This document shows, one piece after another, positions 27,876 to 36,554 of a stretch of 64,000 bases of DNA. Every line of letters begins with the position of its first letter. Positions within the stretch are counted from its first letter, which is position 1. The notes below the pieces were generated by a model, which saw only the letters and a program-made list of their open reading frames with translations, made no database searches and was not told where the DNA came from. The position numbers were made by a program, and so were the translations under genes. This DNA comes from a virus (Duplodnaviria > Caudoviricetes): IMG/VR virus record IMGVR_UViG_3300015608_004971; one strand, 5' to 3'.

Positions 27876-30669
27876 AAAATTTGTTGGTCTTCATGCTCAC
27901 GATTGTTTTTCAATTTTTGATGGGTTTGGATATCCAAGCGAGCATATTGATTATGCTGTATCTAATGGTATGGATGCTCTTGCTGTAACAAATCACGGCA
28001 ATATGGATTCTCTTTCTTATCAAGTTTTACATGCAAAGAAAATTAATTCTGAGGGTATTAATTTTAAGCCAATTTATGGTGTTGAAGCGTATTTTGTTCC
28101 TTCTCTATTGGATTGGAGAGAAGCTTATGAAAAAGCAAAAGAAGAAAAGAAAGTAAAAGACAGTGCAGATGATGAAAAAATGTCTGTTGAAGATGAGGAA
28201 CAAACAAAATCTGCTGAAAAATCGTTTTTAAAGAAACGTCACCATCTTGTCTTACTTGCTATGAATGAAACTGGATTGAAAAATATTTTTAAACTCGTTT
28301 CCATGTCACATCAGGCAGAAAATTTCTATTCATATCCAAGAATTGACTTTGAAATGTTAAAAAAATATAACGACGGCGTAATATGTCTTCAAGCTTGTCT
28401 TGGCGGCTATCTTGCAAAAGCTATCTGGGAGAATAAAGATAAAGATAGAGAAACCATCAAAAATGAAATGACAAAAAGAGCTAAACAGTTTGTTGATATT
28501 TTTGGTGATAGATATTATCTAGAATTACAATGGAATGCAATCCCCGAACAACATCTTTTAAATAAAATATCTCTTGAAATTGCAAAAGAAAATGGAATAA
28601 AATTTGTTTCGACAGCAGATTCACATTACCCAACGCCAGATTCTTGGAAGCAACGGGAAATATATAAAAGACTTGGATGGCTTGGAAATAAACCAGATTA
28701 TTCTATAGATGATCTTCCAAAAACCAGAGAAGAGCTCAAATATGAAATTTATCCAAAAAATTATGAGCAAATGTTTGATGCTTATAAAAAATATTCTAAA
28801 ATATGCAACGAAGAATATAATGAGCAAGACGTCATTCAATCTTTAGATGAAACAGCAGATATTGCCTATAATAGAATAGAAACATTTTATCCCGATTCAA
28901 AGGTAAAACTTCCACAATTTCTCTTGGATAAAGATAAAAAGCCAATTCAACAATTGGCTGAAATCTGCATTCAAAAAATGAAAGAATTAAAATTAGATAA
29001 GAATAATGATTATATTGAAAGAATTCATAAAGAGCTTGATGTCATAAATAAAAGAAATTTTGCTGCTTATTTTATAACAATGAAAGCAATATCTGACGAA
29101 GCAAGACAAGTACAATTGTGTTCACCCGGAAGAGGTTCTGCCGCTGGTTCTCTTATAGCGTTTCTTTGTGGAATAACAACGATAGATCCAATACAATATA
29201 ATCTTCAATTTGAAAGGTTTCTATTAGAAGAAGGGACAGACTATCCAGACATAGACTTTGACTGTTCAGAACCAATGGAGTTAAAAGAAATTTTAACTGA
29301 AAAGTGGGGGAAAGAAAAAGTAATTCCAATTACAAATTTCAATAAACTTAAATATCGTTCTCTTATTAAAGATGCATCAAAGCTTCTTGGAATAGACTAT
29401 CAAGAGGTTAATGCTGTCACAAGCATTATGCTTGCAGAGGCGACACCTGCTGCAAAAAGAAAAAACGACATAAAAGCTGGTGCATATGAGCCAACATATG
29501 AAGAGGTTGTTGAATTTTCACCATCATTAAGAGAATATTATAAAAAATATCCTGATGTTGAGAAGACAATTAATGGTCTATTGGGACAAATTAAGTCTCG
29601 CTCTCGTCATGCTGGCGGAATTGTACTCGGTGACGATTTAACTACAGAAATGCCCTTAATATCGTCAAAAGGCGTAATGCAAACCCCTTGGTCAGAGGGT
29701 CAACACGTTAGACATTTAGAGCCACTTGGTTTTATTAAATTTGATATTCTCGGAATTGATACTCTAAATATGATTTCCGATTGTATTCGACGTATTATCC
29801 AAAAAGAAGATAAAAAAGAAGAAGTTTCTTTTCAAGAAATAAAAGATTGGTATATTAAGTATTTGGACCCATCAAATAATAATTTTGATGATAAAAAAGT
29901 ATATGAAAATGTTTTTCATAATGAAAAATGGCCAGGAATATTTCAATTTACAAAGCCAGATGCACAATCATTCTGTTCAAAAGCAAAACCATATTCAATT
30001 GCTGATTTATCTGCGATCACATCAATCTATAGGCCGGGACCAATTTCGGCTAATGTTCATAATGAATATGTACGCGTAAAATATGAAAAAGAAGAAAATA
30101 AGTTTATGAAAGATGATAGAATAAAAACAATCTTATCAGAAACAAGTGGCTTTCTTATCTATCAAGAACAAATTGCATCACTAACTGCACTCTTGGGAAA
30201 GAATATTTCTTTGAATGAAGGAAATTATTTAAGAAAACTTTTGACAAAGAAAGGCACAGGAAAAGGTCTGGATAAGATTGAGCTTATTAAAGAAAAATTT
30301 CTTGAAGGTGCGAAAGAAAAAGGCTTGACCAATTCTATAGCTAATGAGCTTTGGGAAAATATGGAAAATTTTGCGACGTATGGCTTCAATAAATGTCTTG
30401 ACGGGGAAACAACTTTTGTAATGACAAAAGAATCTGGCAAGAAAAAAATAAAAGATGTTCAAGCAGGCGAACATGTTCTTTCAAAAAATGGCTTTGTTAA
30501 AGTTCTTGATATTATGAATCAAGGAAAGAAAAAATTAGTAAAATTAACGACAGCATCAGGCAAAGTTCTCTGTCTAACAAAAGATCACAAGGTTGATACG
30601 GAAAAAGGAATGATGAGACTGGAAGATGCTTTAAAAAATAAATTAAAAATAAGAATTTTAGAAGAATAA
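27859..30669 (+). CDS. dnaE: DNA polymerase III alpha N-terminal part fused to split-intein N half
   Basis: PHP 'LHAHDCFSIFDG', 'GRGSAAGS', 'PDIDFD', 'HAGG', 'KFDILG', 'IYQEQ', then 'YGFNK|CLDGET...RILEE*'. Confidence 0.95.
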   Translation: MMFQNKKFVGLHAHDCFSIFDGFGYPSEHIDYAVSNGMDALAVTNHGNMDSLSYQVLHAKKINSEGINFKPIYGVEAYFVPSLLDWREAYEKAKEEKKVKDSADDEKMSVEDEEQTKSAEKSFLKKRHHLVLLAMNETGLKNIFKLVSMSHQAENFYSYPRIDFEMLKKYNDGVICLQACLGGYLAKAIWENKDKDRETIKNEMTKRAKQFVDIFGDRYYLELQWNAIPEQHLLNKISLEIAKENGIKFVSTADSHYPTPDSWKQREIYKRLGWLGNKPDYSIDDLPKTREELKYEIYPKNYEQMFDAYKKYSKICNEEYNEQDVIQSLDETADIAYNRIETFYPDSKVKLPQFLLDKDKKPIQQLAEICIQKMKELKLDKNNDYIERIHKELDVINKRNFAAYFITMKAISDEARQVQLCSPGRGSAAGSLIAFLCGITTIDPIQYNLQFERFLLEEGTDYPDIDFDCSEPMELKEILTEKWGKEKVIPITNFNKLKYRSLIKDASKLLGIDYQEVNAVTSIMLAEATPAAKRKNDIKAGAYEPTYEEVVEFSPSLREYYKKYPDVEKTINGLLGQIKSRSRHAGGIVLGDDLTTEMPLISSKGVMQTPWSEGQHVRHLEPLGFIKFDILGIDTLNMISDCIRRIIQKEDKKEEVSFQEIKDWYIKYLDPSNNNFDDKKVYENVFHNEKWPGIFQFTKPDAQSFCSKAKPYSIADLSAITSIYRPGPISANVHNEYVRVKYEKEENKFMKDDRIKTILSETSGFLIYQEQIASLTALLGKNISLNEGNYLRKLLTKKGTGKGLDKIELIKEKFLEGAKEKGLTNSIANELWENMENFATYGFNKCLDGETTFVMTKESGKKKIKDVQAGEHVLSKNGFVKVLDIMNQGKKKLVKLTTASGKVLCLTKDHKVDTEKGMMRLEDALKNKLKIRILEE
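30394..30666 (+). mobile_element. Split intein N-fragment (91 aa)
   Basis: Block A 'CLDGETTFV', block B 'LTKDHKV'; ends at a stop codon. Confidence 0.92.
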
Positions 30670-30671
30670 AA

Positions 30672-30972
30672 ATGAAAAAAATCAAACTAGAATGCTTAGA
30701 GTGCAAGCAAGAAGTTACATCTAATACGATAAAAATGCATACCAAAAATAAAATTAGCAATAGAAATAGATGGTGATTTTTGGCATGTTAATGAGCATGC
30801 AGGCTATTCTTTAAAATATGCAAGCCAAAAGAAGAACTTAATTAATGATAAATTAAAAAATGATTTTCTTATAAAAAATTACTGGACAATTATACGTTTA
30901 TGGGAAGCTGATATAAAAGCTGATAATAAATTATGTGTAGAACAAATAAAGGAAAAAATAAATGAATTATAA
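30672..30972 (+). pseudogene. Decayed Vsr/DUF559-type endonuclease between the two dnaE halves
   Basis: ATG 30672 'MKKIKLECLECKQ..' stops at 30776; another frame (30733-30972) reads 'IPKIKLAIEIDGDFWH...NDKLKN...WTIIRLWE.DI'. Confidence 0.8.
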
Positions 30973-31087
30973 TTCAAAATTTGATGAGATTCTTTTTGTT
31001 GAAGAAATTGATGAAAATGAAACATATGATCTTGAGGTTGATAGCGAAGATCATACATTTTTTGCAAATGGCATTTCTGTTTCAAAT
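30962..31087 (+). mobile_element. Split intein C-fragment (42 aa)
   Basis: Blocks F/G ending Ser-Asn, +1 residue Ser. Confidence 0.92.
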
Positions 31088-31948
31088 TCTCATGCGGTCT
31101 CATATAGTATTGTTTCCTATCACTGCGCATATCTATTTACACACCACCCCGACGAATGGATTATGGCTTTTTTAGATAAAACAGTAGAAAATGAAAAAGA
31201 AGAAGCAATCAATATTGTTAAAAGTTTAGGCTACGAGATTAGACCTGTCTCAATTATTAATTCAAAAAATGAATGGACAATGGATGAAGATAAAAAATTA
31301 ATTCAACCATTTACCTTCATTAAAGGTCTTGGTGAAAAAGCCATTGAGCAAATTTATATTGGACGTCCTTTTTCTAAAATAGAAGATTTTATTTTTAATG
31401 ATAAAATCACTTATTCTAAATTAAATAAAAAATCATTAGACGTCTTAATTAGATCTGGTGCTCTTTCTGAATTGATGGATGAACGTTTTACTGGCCAAAA
31501 ACATTTTTGGAAATCAGTAGCAGAAGACCGTCCAAAAACTATAAAAGCTTTTAATGAAAATATTGAAAAATATAAAGATGAAGGTGATTTTAGTTTAGAA
31601 GAAAAAATTGATTTTAAAATATCTTTAACAGGAACATATCCTTTTGATCTTGTTGTAGATTATAAATCATTAAATATTTTAAAGAAAAACGAAATTAATT
31701 CTATTTCTGAGTTTGATTATGAAAATCCATTTGTGTGGTTTTTGGTAACAGACAAAGTAGAAAAAACCACACGAAATGGTAAAAAGTACACCATACTAAC
31801 AGTGACAGACTTGACAAATAAGATGGTTGAGGTAAAATGTTGGCATGAAACTGGTTCGATTCAAAAACATGCAATTTATCTATCGAAGTTAACTCATGAT
31901 GAGTGGGGCTTCTCATCAAGAAGTGAGAAAAATTTTAAGAAAATTTAA
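30962..31948 (+). CDS. dnaE: Split-intein C half fused to DNA polymerase III alpha C-terminal part
   Basis: 'TYDLEV....TFFANGISVSN|SHAVSYS', 'IKGLGEKA', 'LIRSGAL', OB-fold 'TRNGKKY...D'. Confidence 0.95.
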   Translation: MNYNSKFDEILFVEEIDENETYDLEVDSEDHTFFANGISVSNSHAVSYSIVSYHCAYLFTHHPDEWIMAFLDKTVENEKEEAINIVKSLGYEIRPVSIINSKNEWTMDEDKKLIQPFTFIKGLGEKAIEQIYIGRPFSKIEDFIFNDKITYSKLNKKSLDVLIRSGALSELMDERFTGQKHFWKSVAEDRPKTIKAFNENIEKYKDEGDFSLEEKIDFKISLTGTYPFDLVVDYKSLNILKKNEINSISEFDYENPFVWFLVTDKVEKTTRNGKKYTILTVTDLTNKMVEVKCWHETGSIQKHAIYLSKLTHDEWGFSSRSEKNFKKI

Positions 31949-31961
31949 AAAAGAGGAAAAA

Positions 31962-32405
31962 ATGTTTAAAGTTTTAAAAATTTATAATGATTCAAAAATT
32001 CCATCAAAAGCACATAAACAAGATGCCGGATATGATTTATATGCTTATCTTAAAGAACCAAAAACATTGATTCCTGGCGAATCAGCATTAATAGGGACAG
32101 GAATAAAAGTTTCTGTGCCAGAAACATATGCAATGCATATTGCAAATCGTTCTGGTTTGGCAAGCAAATTTCAACTTTTTGTTGGTGCTTGTATTGTAGA
32201 TTCTGGCTATTCAAATGAAGTGTTCGTCAATATTCATAATTTTGGCAAAACAGATTATACGATTAGCCCAGGCGATAGAATTGCCCAAGCAATGATATAT
32301 AAACTTTATTCAGATCAATGTTTAGAAGTAACAAATGAAGAATATACTGAGCACATGTCAAAATACGATCGTAATGAAAAAGGTTTTGGCTCGTCAGGAA
32401 AATAA
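31962..32405 (+). CDS. dut: dUTPase (trimeric type)
   Basis: 'AGYDL', 'RSGLA', 'IVDSGY', 'GDRIAQ', 'R..KGFGSSG'; GAGG RBS before ATG 31962. Confidence 0.93.
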   Translation: MFKVLKIYNDSKIPSKAHKQDAGYDLYAYLKEPKTLIPGESALIGTGIKVSVPETYAMHIANRSGLASKFQLFVGACIVDSGYSNEVFVNIHNFGKTDYTISPGDRIAQAMIYKLYSDQCLEVTNEEYTEHMSKYDRNEKGFGSSGK

Positions 32406-32406
32406 A

Positions 32407-32652
32407 ATGAAAAAAAAATCAATCAAAAAAATCAGAAATCAAAAAAATAAAGAAATAGCAGAAAGCACAAGTCTTATGCTTAATAAACCTGATCATTGTC
32501 ATTTTTGTAAAGCATCTTTTGATGAAAAAAGCAAAGAAGATCATATGACATGGGCAGTTGCTGTTAATGAAAAAGAAGGAAGGGTTTTTTTATATTGTCC
32601 AAAATGTAAAGAAGCTGCAAAAAAAGCTTATGAAGCAATTACACAACCATAA
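32407..32652 (+). CDS. Small zinc-finger protein
   Basis: CHFC and CPKC pairs. Confidence 0.55.
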   Translation: MKKKSIKKIRNQKNKEIAESTSLMLNKPDHCHFCKASFDEKSKEDHMTWAVAVNEKEGRVFLYCPKCKEAAKKAYEAITQP

Positions 32653-32965
32653 AGAATTTATATCTTATCTTCGCAACAATAAACAAACTCTTGTTTATTT
32701 CTTTAAAGATTCTTGTATTAAATGCAAAGAGTTAAAAGAAGATGTCAATAAAATATATGAATGGTCCATCATGGAAAAAATTGAGTTTTGTAAAGTTGAT
32801 ATAAATGAAGATGACATTTTAAGAACTTTATTTGGCGAATATGGTGTTCCAACATTTATATTATTTGAAGGCGATCGAGATGGAAAAGAAATTCCATATC
32901 CAAAAAATGGATACAATAAAGAATATATAATTAATTATTTAAGAGGAATTAATGAGCAGCTTTAA
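32630..32965 (+). CDS. Thioredoxin-like protein
   Basis: 'LVYF...SCIKC', 'KVD', 'GVPTFILF'. Confidence 0.8.
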   Translation: MKQLHNHKEFISYLRNNKQTLVYFFKDSCIKCKELKEDVNKIYEWSIMEKIEFCKVDINEDDILRTLFGEYGVPTFILFEGDRDGKEIPYPKNGYNKEYIINYLRGINEQL

Positions 32966-33992
32966 AACAAAAGAAATTCAATTAAGCTTTGATGATGTGC
33001 TGCTTGTGCAGCAACAGTCAGATATTTCATCAAGAAAAGATATTAATTTAGCGCCAATAAAACCAATTTTAGATTTTGATTTAAAATTACCCTATATTGC
33101 TAGTCCAATGAGCACAGTTTCAGAATCAGAAATGGCGAGTAAAATTGGCGAACTTGGTGCTCTTGCAATTATTCATAGATACAACTCAATTGATGAGCAA
33201 GTAAAAATCTGCCAGAATATAAAAAATGTCCCTTATGGCGCCGCAATTGGCGTATTAGATACGTTGGAAAGAGCAGAACAGCTTTATAACAAAGCAGGCT
33301 GTAGACTTTTTTGTATTGATGTTGCACATGGATTTAATACTAATGTATATAATGCCATAAGAGAGCTTCAAAAGTGGTCTAATAACAAAAAAATTCATAT
33401 AATGGCCGGAAATATTGCAACTTATGAAGGTTTTGCTTATTTAAGTGAAGCTGGCGCAAGTTCAATTAGATCAGGGATAGGCCCAGGTTCAATATGCGAA
33501 ACGCAAGTTCAAACTGGACACGGAATGCCACAATTAGCTTCTATTTTAGATATTGTTAAGGGAATGAGGCCCTATAATTCTAATACTATATTAATTGCTG
33601 ATGGTGGAATAAAAAATTCTGGTGATGTTGCAAAAGCCTTAGCCGCAGGTGCAGATTATGTAATGATGGGATCTGTATTTTCTGGCACAGACGAAGCGCC
33701 TGGCCAATTTATAAAAACAGCAGATGGAAGAATGGTAAAACCTTATAATGGAATGGCTTCAAAAGAAAGTCAAATTCAATGGAAAGGAACTTTTTCTTCT
33801 CTTGAAGGTATTTCGTCCTTTTCTACAAGAAAAGGTTCTGTAGCAGATGTAATAGACGAATTAAATCGTGGATTAAAGAGCGCCCTATCATATTCAGGAG
33901 CTACCAATTTATCAGATTTTTTCTATAAAGCAGAATTTATTATAAGAACTTCATCTGGAATATTAGAAGGAACTGGCCATCATGCCAAATAA
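32952..33992 (+). CDS. IMP dehydrogenase / GMP reductase family enzyme without CBS domains
   Basis: 'LSFDDVLL', 'DVAHG', 'AGNIAT', 'GIGPGSIC', 'ADGGI', 'VMMGS', 'GMAS', 'GLKSALSY.GA'. Confidence 0.88.
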   Translation: MSSFKTKEIQLSFDDVLLVQQQSDISSRKDINLAPIKPILDFDLKLPYIASPMSTVSESEMASKIGELGALAIIHRYNSIDEQVKICQNIKNVPYGAAIGVLDTLERAEQLYNKAGCRLFCIDVAHGFNTNVYNAIRELQKWSNNKKIHIMAGNIATYEGFAYLSEAGASSIRSGIGPGSICETQVQTGHGMPQLASILDIVKGMRPYNSNTILIADGGIKNSGDVAKALAAGADYVMMGSVFSGTDEAPGQFIKTADGRMVKPYNGMASKESQIQWKGTFSSLEGISSFSTRKGSVADVIDELNRGLKSALSYSGATNLSDFFYKAEFIIRTSSGILEGTGHHAK

Positions 33993-34542
33993 AAAATATA
34001 TAAAGAAAACCCCAGAAGAGAGATTCAACCCAGATAAAATGGGTAGTAATTTCTTTAAGCCAAAAAAGAAATTCTCTTATGTAAGAAATGTCAGAGATAT
34101 AGAATACTCTGATCTTAATAAACTTCGTTTTGTTCATAAAAGAATTAGAAAAAGATATTCAAAGAAAAGTGAAATAGAAGGTCTTCTTATTTATGTTAAT
34201 AAAAAAATGATGTATGAAGCATATCAAAGACTTATGGCCTTGGGTATGACACCACAACATCTTTTTCACCAGATGTTATCATTGATTGTCGACAACGATC
34301 CTATTGTTACAGAAGAGTTTTTAAAATATTGTAGAGCGTCTTTTTCATCAACAATGAATAGAAAAGCAAAAGGAAAATTGTCTCATATAAAAAAGACAGT
34401 TCTGGCTGAACAAACAATGGCCCCAGAAGGATATAAAGAGCCAGAGGATAGACTTTTATCAGAGGATGAACTTAAAAATCTTTATGATTTTTATAATAAA
34501 GAATCCTTTAGTGATGATGAAGATTATTTTTTAGATTTTTAA
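33982..34542 (+). CDS. Hypothetical protein
   Basis: 186 aa ORF in operon. Confidence 0.5.
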   Translation: MPNKKYIKKTPEERFNPDKMGSNFFKPKKKFSYVRNVRDIEYSDLNKLRFVHKRIRKRYSKKSEIEGLLIYVNKKMMYEAYQRLMALGMTPQHLFHQMLSLIVDNDPIVTEEFLKYCRASFSSTMNRKAKGKLSHIKKTVLAEQTMAPEGYKEPEDRLLSEDELKNLYDFYNKESFSDDEDYFLDF

Positions 34543-34552
34543 GGAAAACAAT

Positions 34553-34846
34553 ATGGAAATAGAAAATATAAAAACAAAAAATGAATGTTCACAAGAATGC
34601 TCAAATAAAGGAAGGCAATGTGATAATAAATTTTGTGAAAATTGGATAGAATATCCTGAAGATAATAATTGTATTGATATTGCTTTGGCAAAAAATGATT
34701 ATAAAGAAATGACATATGAACAAATTTCAAAAAGAATGGGCATAACATCAATGGGCGCTCATTATATTGAAAAAAAGGCATTAAAAAAAATTGAACAAAA
34801 AGAATCAGATACTTTAAGGGAATTTTTGTGTCAAGAGAAACAATAA
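34553..34846 (+). CDS. Cys-rich protein with sigma70 region-4-type HTH
   Basis: 'MTYEQISKRMGITSMGAHYIEKKALKKI' matches the sigma region 4 pattern. Confidence 0.7.
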   Translation: MEIENIKTKNECSQECSNKGRQCDNKFCENWIEYPEDNNCIDIALAKNDYKEMTYEQISKRMGITSMGAHYIEKKALKKIEQKESDTLREFLCQEKQ

Positions 34847-35052
34847 AAATAGTAAAAATAATACACAAAAAAGAATGTGGATGCTGTTTCTTCATAAAAC
34901 AAGGTAAAATTAAAAAATCAACTTTGATTGCTGAAAAAGATATTATTGATATTAATTTTACATTAGAAGAATATAAGTGCGAAGAACACTCTACAGATCT
35001 AATAAAAATAGATTATGAAATAACAGATCAAATAACAGAAAACAAAATTTAA
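34828..35052 (+). CDS. Hypothetical protein
   Basis: 74 aa, 'CGC...C.EH'. Confidence 0.4.
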   Translation: MSRETIKIVKIIHKKECGCCFFIKQGKIKKSTLIAEKDIIDINFTLEEYKCEEHSTDLIKIDYEITDQITENKI

Positions 35053-35055
35053 ACA

Positions 35056-35063
35056 CTATTTAT
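35056..35063 (+). promoter_or_regulatory. Putative late promoter motif CTATTTAT
   Basis: Intergenic, before AAGGAG RBS of the acidic protein. Confidence 0.55.
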
Positions 35064-35094
35064 TAATGAATTTTTTAAGGAGAAAATAATCTAA

Positions 35095-35715
35095 ATGAAA
35101 AATAAAGATTTCACAAAGAGAGAAAAAGACCAACTCGTTGAGGGTCTTATGCGTAGAGCAGGTCTTGGAAAGCATGTAAGAAAGTTTGTTAATAAAAGAG
35201 ATGGCCTACTTAAAGAGGGTTATGATCCTCTTCAAGACGAGGAAGAGGACGAAGAGGATCTATTTGGTAGCGACCAAAATGACCCAGTAGATGGTGGCGC
35301 ACCAGATGCAGCAGATTTACCACCAGAGGCAGGCTCCGATGTTGTGGATCCATCTGCAGATCTTTCAGACCCAGATACAGGCTTGGGTTTGGAGCCTGGG
35401 ACACCACCAGCACAAATTACACCAGAGCAAGTTGCAAAAGCTGTTGTTGATGCTCTAAAAGGCTTAAATCTTGTTTCATATGAGGATGAAAGCGATGAAA
35501 TGGCAGGTGATGAGCTTGGTGCCGATTTAGATCTCGGAAGTGAGCCATCAGCGCCAGCACCAGAAACTGAAAAAAGCGATGTAGATCTTTCAGTTTCAGA
35601 TGACGGCATGGGTGATACCGACGTATCAGTTTCAGATGAAGAGGAAACTGATGAGGATAAAGAAGTAAATAAATTAGCAGAAGCAATTGTTCGTGCTATA
35701 AGAAAAGGCAAATAA
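35095..35715 (+). CDS. Highly acidic protein, probably head/scaffold associated
   Basis: D/E/P-rich low complexity, strong RBS, late motif upstream, terminator downstream. Confidence 0.5.
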   Translation: MKNKDFTKREKDQLVEGLMRRAGLGKHVRKFVNKRDGLLKEGYDPLQDEEEDEEDLFGSDQNDPVDGGAPDAADLPPEAGSDVVDPSADLSDPDTGLGLEPGTPPAQITPEQVAKAVVDALKGLNLVSYEDESDEMAGDELGADLDLGSEPSAPAPETEKSDVDLSVSDDGMGDTDVSVSDEEETDEDKEVNKLAEAIVRAIRKGK

Positions 35716-35754
35716 TAAGTAAACAATCCAAATATGTTATAGATTGTTTTTGTT

Positions 35755-35783
35755 GGGCACCTCTATTGGTGCCCTTCTTTTTT
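35755..35783 (+). terminator. Rho-independent terminator
   Basis: GGGCACC-TCTATT-GGTGCCC followed by a T-rich tail. Confidence 0.85.
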
Positions 35784-35794
35784 GGTGATATAAA

Positions 35795-36427
35795 ATGCAG
35801 ATAAATGAAAAAAATATTTTAATATTAAAAAATAAACTTTCACAAGAAGGAATAAGAATCATAAATAAAAAAGATTCAAAATTTATGAAATTATTGTCTT
35901 TTTTAATTTTTTTTAATAAAAACTTTATGACAAGCTTTACAACAACAATAGGAAACATAATATACGTTTCAACAGAATTTGAACAACGTGAAAATATATC
36001 AAAAGTAATAACACTCTTGCATGAATTTGTCCATTTTCAACAAAAAAATAATGATAAACTTTTTCAAGTGAAATATCTATTTCCGCAAATATTAATATTA
36101 TTTTCTTTATTTCTTTTTCCTTTTATTGGATTAATCTCTTTATTATTTTTATTATTTTTACTTCCAATTCCTGCTTATTTTCGTATGAAAGCTGAAGTAG
36201 AAGCATATGGAATAAATCTTTTTTTATTTGAAAAATCCGGCTCATTCCATATGGAACATGAATTTGAAAATTGTGTTAAGCAATTTATTTCGCCAAATTA
36301 TTTCTTTATGTGGCCTTTTGAAGATAATATAAGAAAAAGATTATTAAAGTCATGGCATAATATTTCTGATGGCAATCCTACCGAAAAGCAAAGAAAATCA
36401 TTAAAACTATTAATAGATTCTCTGTAG
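35795..36427 (+). CDS. Membrane-associated HEXXH metallopeptidase-like protein
   Basis: 'TTTIG..IY', 'LLHEFVHFQQ', hydrophobic segment, 'EVEAY'. Confidence 0.6.
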   Translation: MQINEKNILILKNKLSQEGIRIINKKDSKFMKLLSFLIFFNKNFMTSFTTTIGNIIYVSTEFEQRENISKVITLLHEFVHFQQKNNDKLFQVKYLFPQILILFSLFLFPFIGLISLLFLLFLLPIPAYFRMKAEVEAYGINLFLFEKSGSFHMEHEFENCVKQFISPNYFFMWPFEDNIRKRLLKSWHNISDGNPTEKQRKSLKLLIDSL

Positions 36428-36456
36428 CCACTAAGGCGTCAAGAAAAAAGTAGCCC

Positions 36457-36485
36457 TTGACAGGACACACGAGGGCTGTTATACT
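36457..36485 (+). promoter_or_regulatory. Sigma70-type promoter TTGACA-N17-TATACT (extended -10) for groEL
   Basis: Perfect -35, 17 nt spacer, TG motif, intergenic. Confidence 0.8.
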
Positions 36486-36554
36486 CAGTCAGACTAGCTT
36501 GACCGCTGGCTAGACTGTGTGGACAGCCCATTATCTAATTAGTTTAGAGGAAAA

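Noticed and set aside
30667-30962. Single sequencing error or group I intron explaining the dnaE break
   Set aside because: Both halves have proper intein termini and the gap is filled by its own start and nuclease remnant, leaving no room for a ribozyme core
36486-36520. CIRCE operator before groEL
   Set aside because: Only CTAGC...GCTAG; does not match TTAGCACTC-N9-GAGTGCTAA
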